Origin: an uncultured virus (IMG/VR IMGVR_UViG_3300011906_000001)
Lineage: Duplodnaviria; Heunggongvirae; Uroviricota; Caudoviricetes
Length of the DNA: 64,000 bases
IMG/VR virus record: IMGVR_UViG_3300011906_000001
Location: 62,001 to 126,000 of that record
Strand: one strand, 5' to 3'
The notes below the pieces were generated by a model. The model made no database searches, was not told where the DNA came from, and worked only from the letters and a program-made list of their open reading frames with translations. This document shows positions 41,924 through 51,095 of this stretch, in pieces (positions within the stretch are counted from its first letter, which is position 1; each line of letters begins with the position of its first letter). A program made the position numbers and the translations under genes.

Positions 41924-42459
41924 TGATTGAGTATTTAGCGTCGTCTAATGTATTAAAACCCTTTACGGTGTCTATCAGTAATATTGCTGATTTAACAGAC
42001 CCTACCGAATGGCAGTATGATTCAAGTTTGGGATGGTATCGAAATAGGTACATTTCTAATCAAACCACCGATTTCCCAATGCCCGTTAAGTTTAATCAAA
42101 CGGTGATTAAACGACTTAGAAAAATAGACGGTTTCTTCACGTCTTATTATCAAAATCCAAGTGGTGCGTTAGGCACCAGCTTGATTCAAGGCCTAGCCAG
42201 TGATGGAAAGGTCTATGCGGTAGGCACGGCTGATGCGTGGACTGACAACTCTACAGGCCAGCTCATTAACCATGGGGTGAGAAAAGGGAGTCGCGATTTA
42301 GCTGAAGTTAGAAACGTGGCTGAACGCCTTACGTTAACGCTTCCTGAAGGCGTTTATTTTACAAACCTCACGATTGAAAGCCATGGCTATTATGAGGGCG
42401 GGATTTATTATCCGTTTACGCTTCGTGGAATGAATGACCTTCATTTTTATTTCGAATAG
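41923..42459 (+). CDS. hypothetical protein with MIEYL N-terminus
   Basis: Overlapping stop/start; GGAGG RBS; no Kelch repeats. Confidence 0.7.
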   Translation: MIEYLASSNVLKPFTVSISNIADLTDPTEWQYDSSLGWYRNRYISNQTTDFPMPVKFNQTVIKRLRKIDGFFTSYYQNPSGALGTSLIQGLASDGKVYAVGTADAWTDNSTGQLINHGVRKGSRDLAEVRNVAERLTLTLPEGVYFTNLTIESHGYYEGGIYYPFTLRGMNDLHFYFE

Positions 42460-42468
42460 GGAGGATTC

Positions 42469-43404
42469 ATGTTAGAAGCATTGATTAAACTAAAGCCATT
42501 TGGAGTGGGGCTAAAGGGTATCTATACCCCGCTTGCAGCACTACCCATTAAGATTTATAGCTCATTGTTAGTTGAACTTGATAAAACACTTTATTTAATA
42601 GGTGGGCGAACCGATCAAGGGGATGGACCTACGATTCCTAATACGTATCGTTACGATCTTGATAAAAACCAGTGGACACGGTTACAGGATTTACCAGCTG
42701 GTTTATATCAGATGGGTTCGGCTCAATACGAACAATATATATTTGTCGTAGGAGGCGTTGATAATACGGCCGAAAACAGCACTCAAAACACCCTTTATCG
42801 ATTTGACCCTTCTTTAAATCGATGGGATGTCTTGGCCTTAATGCCTGAGGCAAGAAACTGGCCTGGGGTTGCACAAATAGGGGATTTCTTATATGCCTTT
42901 GGAGGCGTGGATAAAAATCAAACTTATCAAAACACGCTTTTTCGTTATGATATTTTAAACGATCAATGGACCACCATAGTCCCTAACGACACCTTCCCTT
43001 CTGCACGGGGCTATACGACCCCTTTAGTCATAGGTCAGTCCTTTTACATTGTAGGTGGGTATAATAAAGGCGTGGTCCATAAAGAGTTGTGGCGGTATGA
43101 TTCCTCAACCAATACCTGGACTCAGTTGGCTGATGCACCTCACCCGATGTATGGGCAAGCGGCAGCGCTTATAGATGGTAAGCTTTATTACTTCGGGGGA
43201 TGGTTAGGAAATGATCGAGTCAACAATCCCATGTTGTTTGAATATTCACCGCTTACCGACTCTTGGGTAATTGTTACCGAGCAAGGTCAAGGGGGTTTCA
43301 TTGGCGCCTTTGGATGCGCTTGTAACGGAATAGCCTTTATAGGAGGTGGCCGTAAAGAGGCGGATTATAAATCGGCGACCAATGAATTTTGGCGAATTGA
43401 TTAA
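42469..43404 (+). CDS. Kelch-repeat protein
   Basis: LYLIGG, IFVVGG, LYAFGG, FYIVGG, LYYFGG, AFIGGG. Confidence 0.9.
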   Translation: MLEALIKLKPFGVGLKGIYTPLAALPIKIYSSLLVELDKTLYLIGGRTDQGDGPTIPNTYRYDLDKNQWTRLQDLPAGLYQMGSAQYEQYIFVVGGVDNTAENSTQNTLYRFDPSLNRWDVLALMPEARNWPGVAQIGDFLYAFGGVDKNQTYQNTLFRYDILNDQWTTIVPNDTFPSARGYTTPLVIGQSFYIVGGYNKGVVHKELWRYDSSTNTWTQLADAPHPMYGQAAALIDGKLYYFGGWLGNDRVNNPMLFEYSPLTDSWVIVTEQGQGGFIGAFGCACNGIAFIGGGRKEADYKSATNEFWRID

Positions 43405-43414
43405 TCGTATTTAG

Positions 43415-43431
43415 TTTTAAACCTATATTAC
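43415..43431 (+). promoter_or_regulatory. putative early promoter
   Basis: TTTTAAACCTATATTAC contains the exact phiKZ-type TATATTAC. Confidence 0.65.
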
Positions 43432-43468
43432 CCAAGTGAGCAACAACCCAAACCAATAGGAAAACCCA

Positions 43469-43783
43469 ATGACTATTCTCAATCTAACCCCCTTTGATAT
43501 AACTCCTGATCTGGCTGAAGCAGGCGTTGTGGATGTTCGAGACAAAGAAGCCTTAAAGCGACTGTTCGAATTCGACAGCCCTCCTGAAGTCCATGACCTT
43601 GATTCACTGGCTGAGGAGTTGATTGAAATTGCCTTGGCTGAGAAAGCCGACACCGTGATGATTGGTGGCTGTGATTTTCTCATGCCTTATCTAGAAGCTT
43701 GGTGTGAAGAGAATCACTTAACGGCTGTGTATTCTTTTAAAAAGAATGGGGTTCATGTCGATTGGATAGACACTGAATTCTAA
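43469..43783 (+). CDS. phage hypothetical protein (ILNLT...AGVVD type)
   Basis: AGGA RBS; has its own promoter and terminator (43792-43826). Confidence 0.7.
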   Translation: MTILNLTPFDITPDLAEAGVVDVRDKEALKRLFEFDSPPEVHDLDSLAEELIEIALAEKADTVMIGGCDFLMPYLEAWCEENHLTAVYSFKKNGVHVDWIDTEF

Positions 43784-43885
43784 TTAACAAACATAATCCC
43801 TCTCCAGCTAAGGAGAGGGATTTATGCTTACTTTTTTATTTACTGGAGATCTTCATAGTGTGTACTGAGAAGCTAAGGATCAGTT

Positions 43886-44524
43886 ATGCCGGTTTGGTAT
43901 GCTGGGATTGGGAGCCGGGGCGCTCCTGATGACATCCTCATCCTTATGGCGCGCCTTGGACGAACCCTTACTGATAAAGGATTCAGTCTATCCAGTGGCG
44001 ATGCGATTGGATCGGATTATGCCTTTTATGTGGGTGCCCGATTAAGTCCTCGTTTCTTCACCACTCAGCCTAGAATCTACCTGGCTAGGAATGGTGCAGG
44101 CAGGCGTTACGAGAAGCTGTCTTTAGGCTTTATTAATGCTAAAGGATTGGTGGATCAATATGAAGAGGCCCAAGCCATTGCTATTAAAGCTCGTGGAGGA
44201 ATTTACGGACTTAATGAATATGGTATAGAACTCCATACCCGTAATGCCTTTCAGGTATTGGGCTCTGACTTAAAACAACCTGTTCAGGCTGTTTACTACT
44301 ATGCAGAGCCTCTTCCCCGCAACCCAGATAAAGTTAAAGGCGGGACCAACACAGCTCTCCAAATAGCGAAAGCATTTGGCATTGAGATTCTGTGTAATTT
44401 GTACGTTGAAGACACTCAAAATAAGGTTAAGGCGTGGCTTGATAGGAATGAATCAGCCCGACCTTATCCAATTGATCTGCTAGACATGATACATAGCCGT
44501 AAAAGCCACCAACCGGTATTTTAA
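43886..44524 (+). CDS. DprA/SLOG-superfamily protein
   Basis: YAGIGSR..P, SSGDAIGSDYAF, RN..QVLG, GGTNTA. Confidence 0.7.
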   Translation: MPVWYAGIGSRGAPDDILILMARLGRTLTDKGFSLSSGDAIGSDYAFYVGARLSPRFFTTQPRIYLARNGAGRRYEKLSLGFINAKGLVDQYEEAQAIAIKARGGIYGLNEYGIELHTRNAFQVLGSDLKQPVQAVYYYAEPLPRNPDKVKGGTNTALQIAKAFGIEILCNLYVEDTQNKVKAWLDRNESARPYPIDLLDMIHSRKSHQPVF

Positions 44525-44740
44525 GATGATTGCATACCTGCATGACGCTTTACCCCATGGATGGATTTTATCAAGAGGAGAGGATGTACACTCCTTGGCG
44601 CTGATGGATCTGTGCGTCGCTTAGTTTTAACTGTTAGGCAATTGATGCGTGGCCTTTGATAGCCCGATCAAACCATGAGTACGGTTAGGCAAGTGAACAG
44701 AGACGTTCAGCTAAACCCCCTCGATATAGAGGACTATATC

Positions 44741-45052
44741 ATGCCTACTGTTATCCCTGACGATATGCTGGCGCTGCTCAATGACACGCTAGCTCCCCTT
44801 AAAACCGATGCTGAGGACGCCTTTGAGCGTATCTTAAGCAAAACCTACATCAAGATGGCCGAAGACATTCGCGATGAACGCGATAACATCATCGAAGCCA
44901 TCGAAGAAGGCGATCGCTATCGCGGACGGGAGGTAGTTAAGATGCTCGATGATGCGATTCATTCGATCATAGGCGTTGTTGAAAAGAACCTACCTTCTAC
45001 CACTGAAGGCCCTGGGTTGACTACCATCTACTATGAGATGATCAACTCCTGA
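44741..45052 (+). CDS. hypothetical acidic protein
   Basis: GAGGA RBS before the ATG at 44741. Confidence 0.65.
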   Translation: MPTVIPDDMLALLNDTLAPLKTDAEDAFERILSKTYIKMAEDIRDERDNIIEAIEEGDRYRGREVVKMLDDAIHSIIGVVEKNLPSTTEGPGLTTIYYEMINS

Positions 45053-45181
45053 TGAAGCCCTCATAACGCCTTCCTTTCGGGGAAGGCTTTATGCCATGAT
45101 TTACTGACGATATTCATTTTATACGAAAATACCCAACACAGATTAACGAACCAGTTTAAATTCAACACTAAGGACGCACCA

Positions 45182-45922
45182 ATGTCTGTATTAAGCGACA
45201 AGAGCATCATCAAGCTATGCACTCCACCCTCGCATCGAGTTGTTCCAAGCGCCATGGGGTCTAACCCCTACATGGAAACTAAATACGTCTGGGAAAGCAT
45301 CGACCTTCCTGACGTTATTGAATGGTGTGAAGCACAAGGCTCGATTGTACGGTTAACTGAAGAGGAAGTTAACGCCTACAACGAAGAATCCACCCCGATG
45401 ATCAATCCGTTCCTGCCTGAATCGGTAAAGGTAAATGAAGCAGGACTTCCTATCGCCAGTGCAGGGGTGAGTTCCTACGGTTACGATATTCGTGCAGCTG
45501 CCGAATTCAAAGTCTTCCGGGGCTTTACTGACGATGGGCGGATCGACTATAAGAACATCACCGAAGACATGTTCGAAACGGTACATGCCGATTCGGTATG
45601 GATTCCACCGGGTGGTTTCATTCTAGCACGCAGTGTGGAATATGTTCACATTCCGCGTGATGTACTTGCTATTGCCATTGGTAAGAGCACCATTGCACGT
45701 GCGGGTATCAATTGCCTGGTGACCCCGTTAGAGCCACTTTGGAGCGGTTATATCACGCTGGAGTTTGCTAACACCACAAACCTGCCCAATAAGTTCTATG
45801 CCAATGAAGGAGTTTTGCAACTGGTCTTCTTGAAAGGGGATGAGCCTTGCAAGACGTCCTACGCTGATCGTAAAGGAAAGTACAATAACCAAGAAGATCG
45901 GATTATTCTTCCACGGGTATAA
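45182..45922 (+). CDS. dcd: dCTP deaminase
   Basis: GVSSYGYDIR, GKSTIARAGI, TPLEP.W.GYITLE, YANEG..Q, SYADRKGKY. Confidence 0.93.
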   Translation: MSVLSDKSIIKLCTPPSHRVVPSAMGSNPYMETKYVWESIDLPDVIEWCEAQGSIVRLTEEEVNAYNEESTPMINPFLPESVKVNEAGLPIASAGVSSYGYDIRAAAEFKVFRGFTDDGRIDYKNITEDMFETVHADSVWIPPGGFILARSVEYVHIPRDVLAIAIGKSTIARAGINCLVTPLEPLWSGYITLEFANTTNLPNKFYANEGVLQLVFLKGDEPCKTSYADRKGKYNNQEDRIILPRV

Positions 45923-45927
45923 CCTAA

Positions 45928-45960
45928 CATAAAGCCCTGCTTTTAAAGCAGGGCTTTATG
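45928..45960. terminator. terminator-like hairpin
   Basis: Near-perfect palindrome CATAAAGCCCTGCTTT-T-AAAGCAGGGCTTTATG. Confidence 0.7.
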
Positions 45961-46035
45961 CTGTTTAATATAATATGCATAGGGACCGTGGTGAATCCGC
46001 TAAGGAGTGCTCATCATACCGCGTAAGGAGCCACT

Positions 46036-47553
46036 ATGTCAACTCCCAATTACGATGAGTTCAAAAAACAGGTGTTGGACGAAATCGAGCCAATCTTGAA
46101 GAAGTTCTACGACGTGCTATTAGCAAATGGTGGCACACCCGTTGAACCACGACCGGAACAGCCCAAGCCTGAACAACCTACCCCACAGCCCAAGCCTGAA
46201 ACACCCAAGCCGGTGGACCCTACTCCAGTGACAGCGTTCACTATCACACCAAACAACTACAACAGTTCTGATTGGACTAAAGGCGTCTGGGCCAAGGATC
46301 GACCTGGCTTCTCTATTCCCAAAACAGATAAAATCCAGGCAGCGCTCAAGAACAGCAATCGGGTAAAGCTGGGCGATGGGCAAAACCGGACGGTGACTGA
46401 CGTTCAAGTGGTGGGTAATAACCTTAGCCTCTGGCTCGATGGAGGTAAAATCGATCCCAGTAAGGTTGGCTATCCTAATAAGATCGAAGTCCTTGATGTT
46501 AAGGGCGATGATCTGCAATCCCCGCCCGAAGCTGAAAAACCCTCCACGCCAACACCCACCACTCCGCCGGTCAGTGGTAAGCGCAAGCAACTTCCGTTCG
46601 ATCTGAACCTCATGGGAATCAATTTGGCTTCGCCATGTTTTGGTTCCAATGTACCAGGTACATTCAATAAGGACTACACCTATCCAAATCGCGATCATTT
46701 TAAGAAGTACGCGGACATGGGTATGAACCTGGTTCGGTTACCATTTAAATGGGAACGCATGCAACGGGAACTCAATGGTGGTTTAGATGCCGCTGAATTG
46801 AAGCGCATGGATGATTGCTTTAAATGGGCTGAAGAGCTCAAGATGTATATCTTCCCTGATATGCACAATTACCTGCGCCGCAAGGTCAATGGTAAGGAAC
46901 AACTGATTGGAAGTTCGGGTTGTCCGACTTCAGCGTTTATTGACTTCTGGGTGAAGATGGCAAAACACTACAAAGGTCACAAGGCGCTGTTTGGTTACGA
47001 CATCATGAACGAGCCGTATCCAATCCAACCAAGTTGGGCAGGTATTGCTCAACAGACGTACGATGCGATTCAAAAAGTCGACGACATATTCGTGCTCGTC
47101 AATGGTGGTCACTGGGCGAATGCTCACGGGTGGGAAAAGAAGAATCCCGGATTCCCGCTTAAAGGTGACAATATCATCTATCAGGCTCATTGCTACACGG
47201 ATAGCAATGCAGGTGGCCTGTTTCCAAATCGCTCCGAACAGATCAATCCTCAAATCGGTGTTCAGCGCTTAAAAGAATGGGTCGAGTGGCTGAAGAAACA
47301 CAATGCCATGGGATTGCTGGGTGAACTGTCGGCACCGTATAACATGCCGACCGCTATCACAGCGTTGAATGAACAGACCAAGTACATGATCAAAGAGAAG
47401 ATCCCAATGACATATTGGGCAGGCGGTCCTTGGTGGACAGCCACTGCGGCCAACGGAATTGAAGTCAATGGTGTCTTCCGTGCGCCGATCAATGACATTC
47501 GGGCGATTACTGGTAAGAAACATACAGTACGCCAAATTGGACCCTTCAAATAG
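46036..47553 (+). CDS. glycoside hydrolase family 5 endoglucanase (cellulase-like), modular
   Basis: GINLA..FG, VRLPFKWERMQ, DMHNY, IMNEP (acid/base Glu), AHCY.D, LLGE (nucleophile Glu); two Pro/Thr-rich linkers flanking an accessory domain. Confidence 0.88.
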   Translation: MSTPNYDEFKKQVLDEIEPILKKFYDVLLANGGTPVEPRPEQPKPEQPTPQPKPETPKPVDPTPVTAFTITPNNYNSSDWTKGVWAKDRPGFSIPKTDKIQAALKNSNRVKLGDGQNRTVTDVQVVGNNLSLWLDGGKIDPSKVGYPNKIEVLDVKGDDLQSPPEAEKPSTPTPTTPPVSGKRKQLPFDLNLMGINLASPCFGSNVPGTFNKDYTYPNRDHFKKYADMGMNLVRLPFKWERMQRELNGGLDAAELKRMDDCFKWAEELKMYIFPDMHNYLRRKVNGKEQLIGSSGCPTSAFIDFWVKMAKHYKGHKALFGYDIMNEPYPIQPSWAGIAQQTYDAIQKVDDIFVLVNGGHWANAHGWEKKNPGFPLKGDNIIYQAHCYTDSNAGGLFPNRSEQINPQIGVQRLKEWVEWLKKHNAMGLLGELSAPYNMPTAITALNEQTKYMIKEKIPMTYWAGGPWWTATAANGIEVNGVFRAPINDIRAITGKKHTVRQIGPFK

Positions 47554-47601
47554 ATTCAGTTCGGGTCCAAGATGAGGTTCTTCTGTAGTTAACCTCGCAC
47601 A

Positions 47602-47687
47602 ATAAAGTCCCCCTCCTTCGGGAGGGGGCTTATGCCCTTTTTTTTAATTAGTCGGTCATAAGCCCTCCCCTTTCGGGGAGGGTTTAT
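47602..47687. terminator. pair of terminator hairpins between convergent genes
   Basis: CCCCCTCC-TTCG-GGAGGGGG (47602-47634) plus T-run, and CCCTCCCC-TTTC-GGGGAGGG (47657-47687). Confidence 0.75.
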
Positions 47688-47711
47688 TAGGGGTATGGGC
47701 TATACCCATGT

Positions 47712-48146
47712 TTAAGCGACTGGTTTAATGACTACATTGTCGATCGTACATTCGCCCTGGATCGCCTGTACATCCAAAAAGCGATAGGTGTTGTCATAAC
47801 CATGTGGCCGCGCTTTACCTACAAAGGTGACCATCTGACCTTCTTTAACGGCAAGTGAATCAATCCCTTCGGGCTGATCACACCAGTCTGCCTTAAGGAT
47901 TGTATTATCAGCGGCATTCAATACACGGAAGCTGATGTTCTGATCAACACCGTTTTCAAGTTGGTTCAGATCGACATGGATACGGCGTCTTCCTGTATTA
48001 ACCGTGTATTGTTCAGTGTCATCAGATACCGGTATTTCAGGGACTTCAGGTGTAGCCGTAGTGGCTAGAAGTTTAATGAAACGTTCGAGCGCTTCATTAA
48101 GTAATCCTTTGATCGCTTCAATTTCCGACTTATTAATCTCAGACAT
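47712..48146 (-). CDS. hypothetical protein
   Basis: GAGGT RBS; amphipathic N-terminal helix, Pro linker, beta domain. Confidence 0.7.
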   Translation of the reverse strand: MSEINKSEIEAIKGLLNEALERFIKLLATTATPEVPEIPVSDDTEQYTVNTGRRRIHVDLNQLENGVDQNISFRVLNAADNTILKADWCDQPEGIDSLAVKEGQMVTFVGKARPHGYDNTYRFLDVQAIQGECTIDNVVIKPVA

Positions 48147-48476
48147 GACTTTGACCTCATGGGTTTGACCTTGGGAGTATCCCCAAGTATAAAATATGAC
48201 ACCTCATCCATACTTAAATGCTATATAGGTATCTTGTGAATATTTACGAGCCCGTATAATCGTCTGGATGCACTTTCGCACCTAAGGGATTAGAAGGACG
48301 ATATGGGATTTATTGAATGTTTTATCATGATGCTGTTGGGACGCAGTGAAGGATGTGATATCGACGATATTTCCCTATTGGATCTTAATCCTTTAGGCAG
48401 GAATGAGACGATGTGTTTTTAGTGGATGACGACATATGCCCTCCCGCTATGGGAGGGCCTCTATGTTGCAGTTTTA

Positions 48477-48492
48477 TTGACACCTATATTAC
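48477..48492 (+). promoter_or_regulatory. putative early promoter
   Basis: TTGACACCTATATTAC; implies a true start at 48525. Confidence 0.6.
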
Positions 48493-48524
48493 CTAGACTG
48501 AACCCAATTATACCTGAGGGACGG

Positions 48525-49034
48525 ATGCGTATTTTAAACAATTCAGATGTCATGCTGGCCTTGGTGTATAACCACCATAAGCCTAAGAAAGACATCAAGA
48601 AGCTTGCCATTAAGCTCATGAAAAAGACCTACCCTGAAGTGGCTAAAGGGGTATTGACACGCATTGCAGATGCGCCAAATCCCGCCACTGAAATCATTCG
48701 GGCATCTAATGAAGTCGATGAGTTTAAAGCCCTCTTAGAGCAAGTGGGTAACGAGGGCTATTATGGCGTAGCCGTTAGAGATTCGGTTCTCTATCCCATC
48801 GAATTTATATTCGAAGATTCTGAGGATGAGCAATGGGCCATTGAGAATGAAAACATGATGCGGATTAAATGTGCGCATGCCTTGATGAACCTGCTCAATT
48901 TAAAACGGGTTAAATGTCAAGTGGTGCTATTTGGCACCAAAGGCTTTAGCGCTGATTATGTCTATGTTGAGGTGGCTAAGAACAGCTTCTCAGGTCCAGG
49001 GGTCATTGTCACTGACGATAAAGTGGTTCAATAA
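48525..49034 (+). CDS. hypothetical protein
   Basis: GAGGG RBS before the ATG at 48525; the longer start in the ORF track overlaps a hairpin and the promoter. Confidence 0.7.
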   Translation: MRILNNSDVMLALVYNHHKPKKDIKKLAIKLMKKTYPEVAKGVLTRIADAPNPATEIIRASNEVDEFKALLEQVGNEGYYGVAVRDSVLYPIEFIFEDSEDEQWAIENENMMRIKCAHALMNLLNLKRVKCQVVLFGTKGFSADYVYVEVAKNSFSGPGVIVTDDKVVQ

Positions 49035-49040
49035 ACAATC

Positions 49041-49583
49041 ATGACTAATTCTATTGTTGATTATAGTTTTAAAGCCAAGCGCGATAAACAGTTGTTGATT
49101 GAAGCGTCCTTCAATCATCGAAAAGCTTTTGTGCTTTATCTTAAATTGTTCAAGATTGAGCTTTTTGACAAACTGGCAACCGGCATTGAGATTTTAGATC
49201 AAGACTACGATGCTAAGACATTGAGTCATTTAGACCTTGATTTTCGGTATAACCCAACCACTGAACGCTTCTGTTTTACCTTCATAAACCGACTGGCTAA
49301 CGATAAACCTGGTATCACCCTTGAGATGTACTTGAACAATGATCCGAATCCTGTACCTGTGAAGGATTCGATCTATACCCTGTGGAATGAGGTGTGTTTA
49401 GAACACGAAGGCGCGCCTCCGTATCTGCTGGTTCCTGTTTCATTTATACTGGGTTATCTAGATGCTATGAAGGCCGTTGTGATTGATCACACAACATCAC
49501 CTGCCAAGACTCAACTGACGTTAATCCAAGGCCCTTGGACCGTCCTTATCACCCTTAATGCTTCTGCACTGGAACCGACGTGA
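49041..49583 (+). CDS. hypothetical protein
   Basis: 180 aa, abuts the upstream gene. Confidence 0.65.
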   Translation: MTNSIVDYSFKAKRDKQLLIEASFNHRKAFVLYLKLFKIELFDKLATGIEILDQDYDAKTLSHLDLDFRYNPTTERFCFTFINRLANDKPGITLEMYLNNDPNPVPVKDSIYTLWNEVCLEHEGAPPYLLVPVSFILGYLDAMKAVVIDHTTSPAKTQLTLIQGPWTVLITLNASALEPT

Positions 49584-49771
49584 ACACACAGGCTGCATCT
49601 AAACCCCTTGTCCATAAACCCAAGACCCTCGATCATTTCTTCACCCATAAACTTCAACAGCACGCGGTTCATCCTTTCCTAAGCAGGCTTAAATCAAAAC
49701 CCACTCGTTAACATAGATCCCCTTCCCATCGTGGAAGGGGGTTATGTCATAAACCACTTAAGGACACTACC

Positions 49772-50377
49772 ATGAAAACCCATCTGATCGTTATCGCTAA
49801 AGACCAGGCATTGTTTGATCATCGGGATATACTCTACTACCTCGGCACCTGTTCGATCAATGATCATGCCATTGATAACCGGGTGTATAATTGGCAGTTC
49901 GACCTCATGGAAACCGCCATTCAAAAGATCGATAAAGTGCCCTGGTTCGTAAAGGCGTTAGACCTAACCATTGAACCTACCCTTGATGACCTTAAAGGGA
50001 ATCTTCAAGTGGTCTTCTTGGCGCCTAATGATGGGTATCCAAGCTATCTGGTTCAAGATGCATTGTGTCAGTATATATTGCCGGGTAAGCTCGGGCTTGA
50101 ATCATCGATCATGCATTTAGCCTGTGTGTATGAGGATCGGGACTACGTGGCGCAAGGGTACAGTTTTGAGATTGAAGCCTTGGCTAAAGGACAAAGCTTC
50201 TTTAAGTGGATGACAGAGGAACCTTCTACACCCCCTAAAGAAACGCCTAAAACACTGGAGGCGTTCTTAAAAGGACAAGCTCTTGGAGGCGGGTTTAAAC
50301 GGGGTGAGATGGCGATTGTCTCAGCGACCACCACGGCTCGTTCTAAAGCGCTTGAAAATGATGACCAAGCATTCTAA
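49772..50377 (+). CDS. hypothetical protein
   Basis: AAGGA RBS; flanked by hairpins. Confidence 0.7.
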   Translation: MKTHLIVIAKDQALFDHRDILYYLGTCSINDHAIDNRVYNWQFDLMETAIQKIDKVPWFVKALDLTIEPTLDDLKGNLQVVFLAPNDGYPSYLVQDALCQYILPGKLGLESSIMHLACVYEDRDYVAQGYSFEIEALAKGQSFFKWMTEEPSTPPKETPKTLEAFLKGQALGGGFKRGEMAIVSATTTARSKALENDDQAF

Positions 50378-50468
50378 CAATTAATATAAGCCCTCCCTGA
50401 AGGGAGGGCATTATGACCTTTTCTTTTTTTACTCTGGATCTTATGTCTAACCTATCTGGAGTAAAGAA

Positions 50469-51086
50469 ATGAAATTATCTGATTTTAACAGGGATTTCAT
50501 TATTCGTCGTTATACCGCCATTGAAGGTGGGTATGTCAATGATCCGAATGATCTTGGCAAAGAAACGAACCACGGAATAACAGTCGCCCTAGCCAATGAT
50601 TACAAAGCGGAATTGATCAAGCGTTTTGGTTGGGACGGTACCATGCGCAACCTGACCAAAGAGATGGCCAATTGGCTCTACGTCACCGAGTTCTGGAATA
50701 AACTCTTAGGCGACAGACTCTTTAAGATTCATCCGTTGATCATGGATAAGGTCTTTGATATCTCCATTAATGCCGGTAAAACACGGGGCGTTCGTTTTCT
50801 TCAAGAATTCTTGAATGTTAACAACAACGAACAGAAGCTGTATGCAGACCTGATCGCTGATGGCTGGATGGGCGATAAGACATTTAAAGCCATTGATGCC
50901 TTCATTAAAGCCCGAGGTGATGATGGCCTTAAGATCATGCTTCATACGCTGATTGCACGGCAGACCAGTTATTACGTGGATATCTCCATGGGGCGTGAAA
51001 AGAACGAACGCTTCACCTATGGATGGTTAACGCGGGCCATGGATTCTGCGGTTGAATATCAGAAATTAGGCTTTCTTTATAACTAA
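50469..51086 (+). CDS. endolysin, glycoside hydrolase family 108 with PG_binding_3 domain
   Basis: EGGYVNDPNDLGKETNHGIT, FDISINAG, ADGWMGDKT, NERFTYGWL.R. Confidence 0.9.
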   Translation: MKLSDFNRDFIIRRYTAIEGGYVNDPNDLGKETNHGITVALANDYKAELIKRFGWDGTMRNLTKEMANWLYVTEFWNKLLGDRLFKIHPLIMDKVFDISINAGKTRGVRFLQEFLNVNNNEQKLYADLIADGWMGDKTFKAIDAFIKARGDDGLKIMLHTLIARQTSYYVDISMGREKNERFTYGWLTRAMDSAVEYQKLGFLYN

Positions 51087-51095
51087 GGAGAACCC

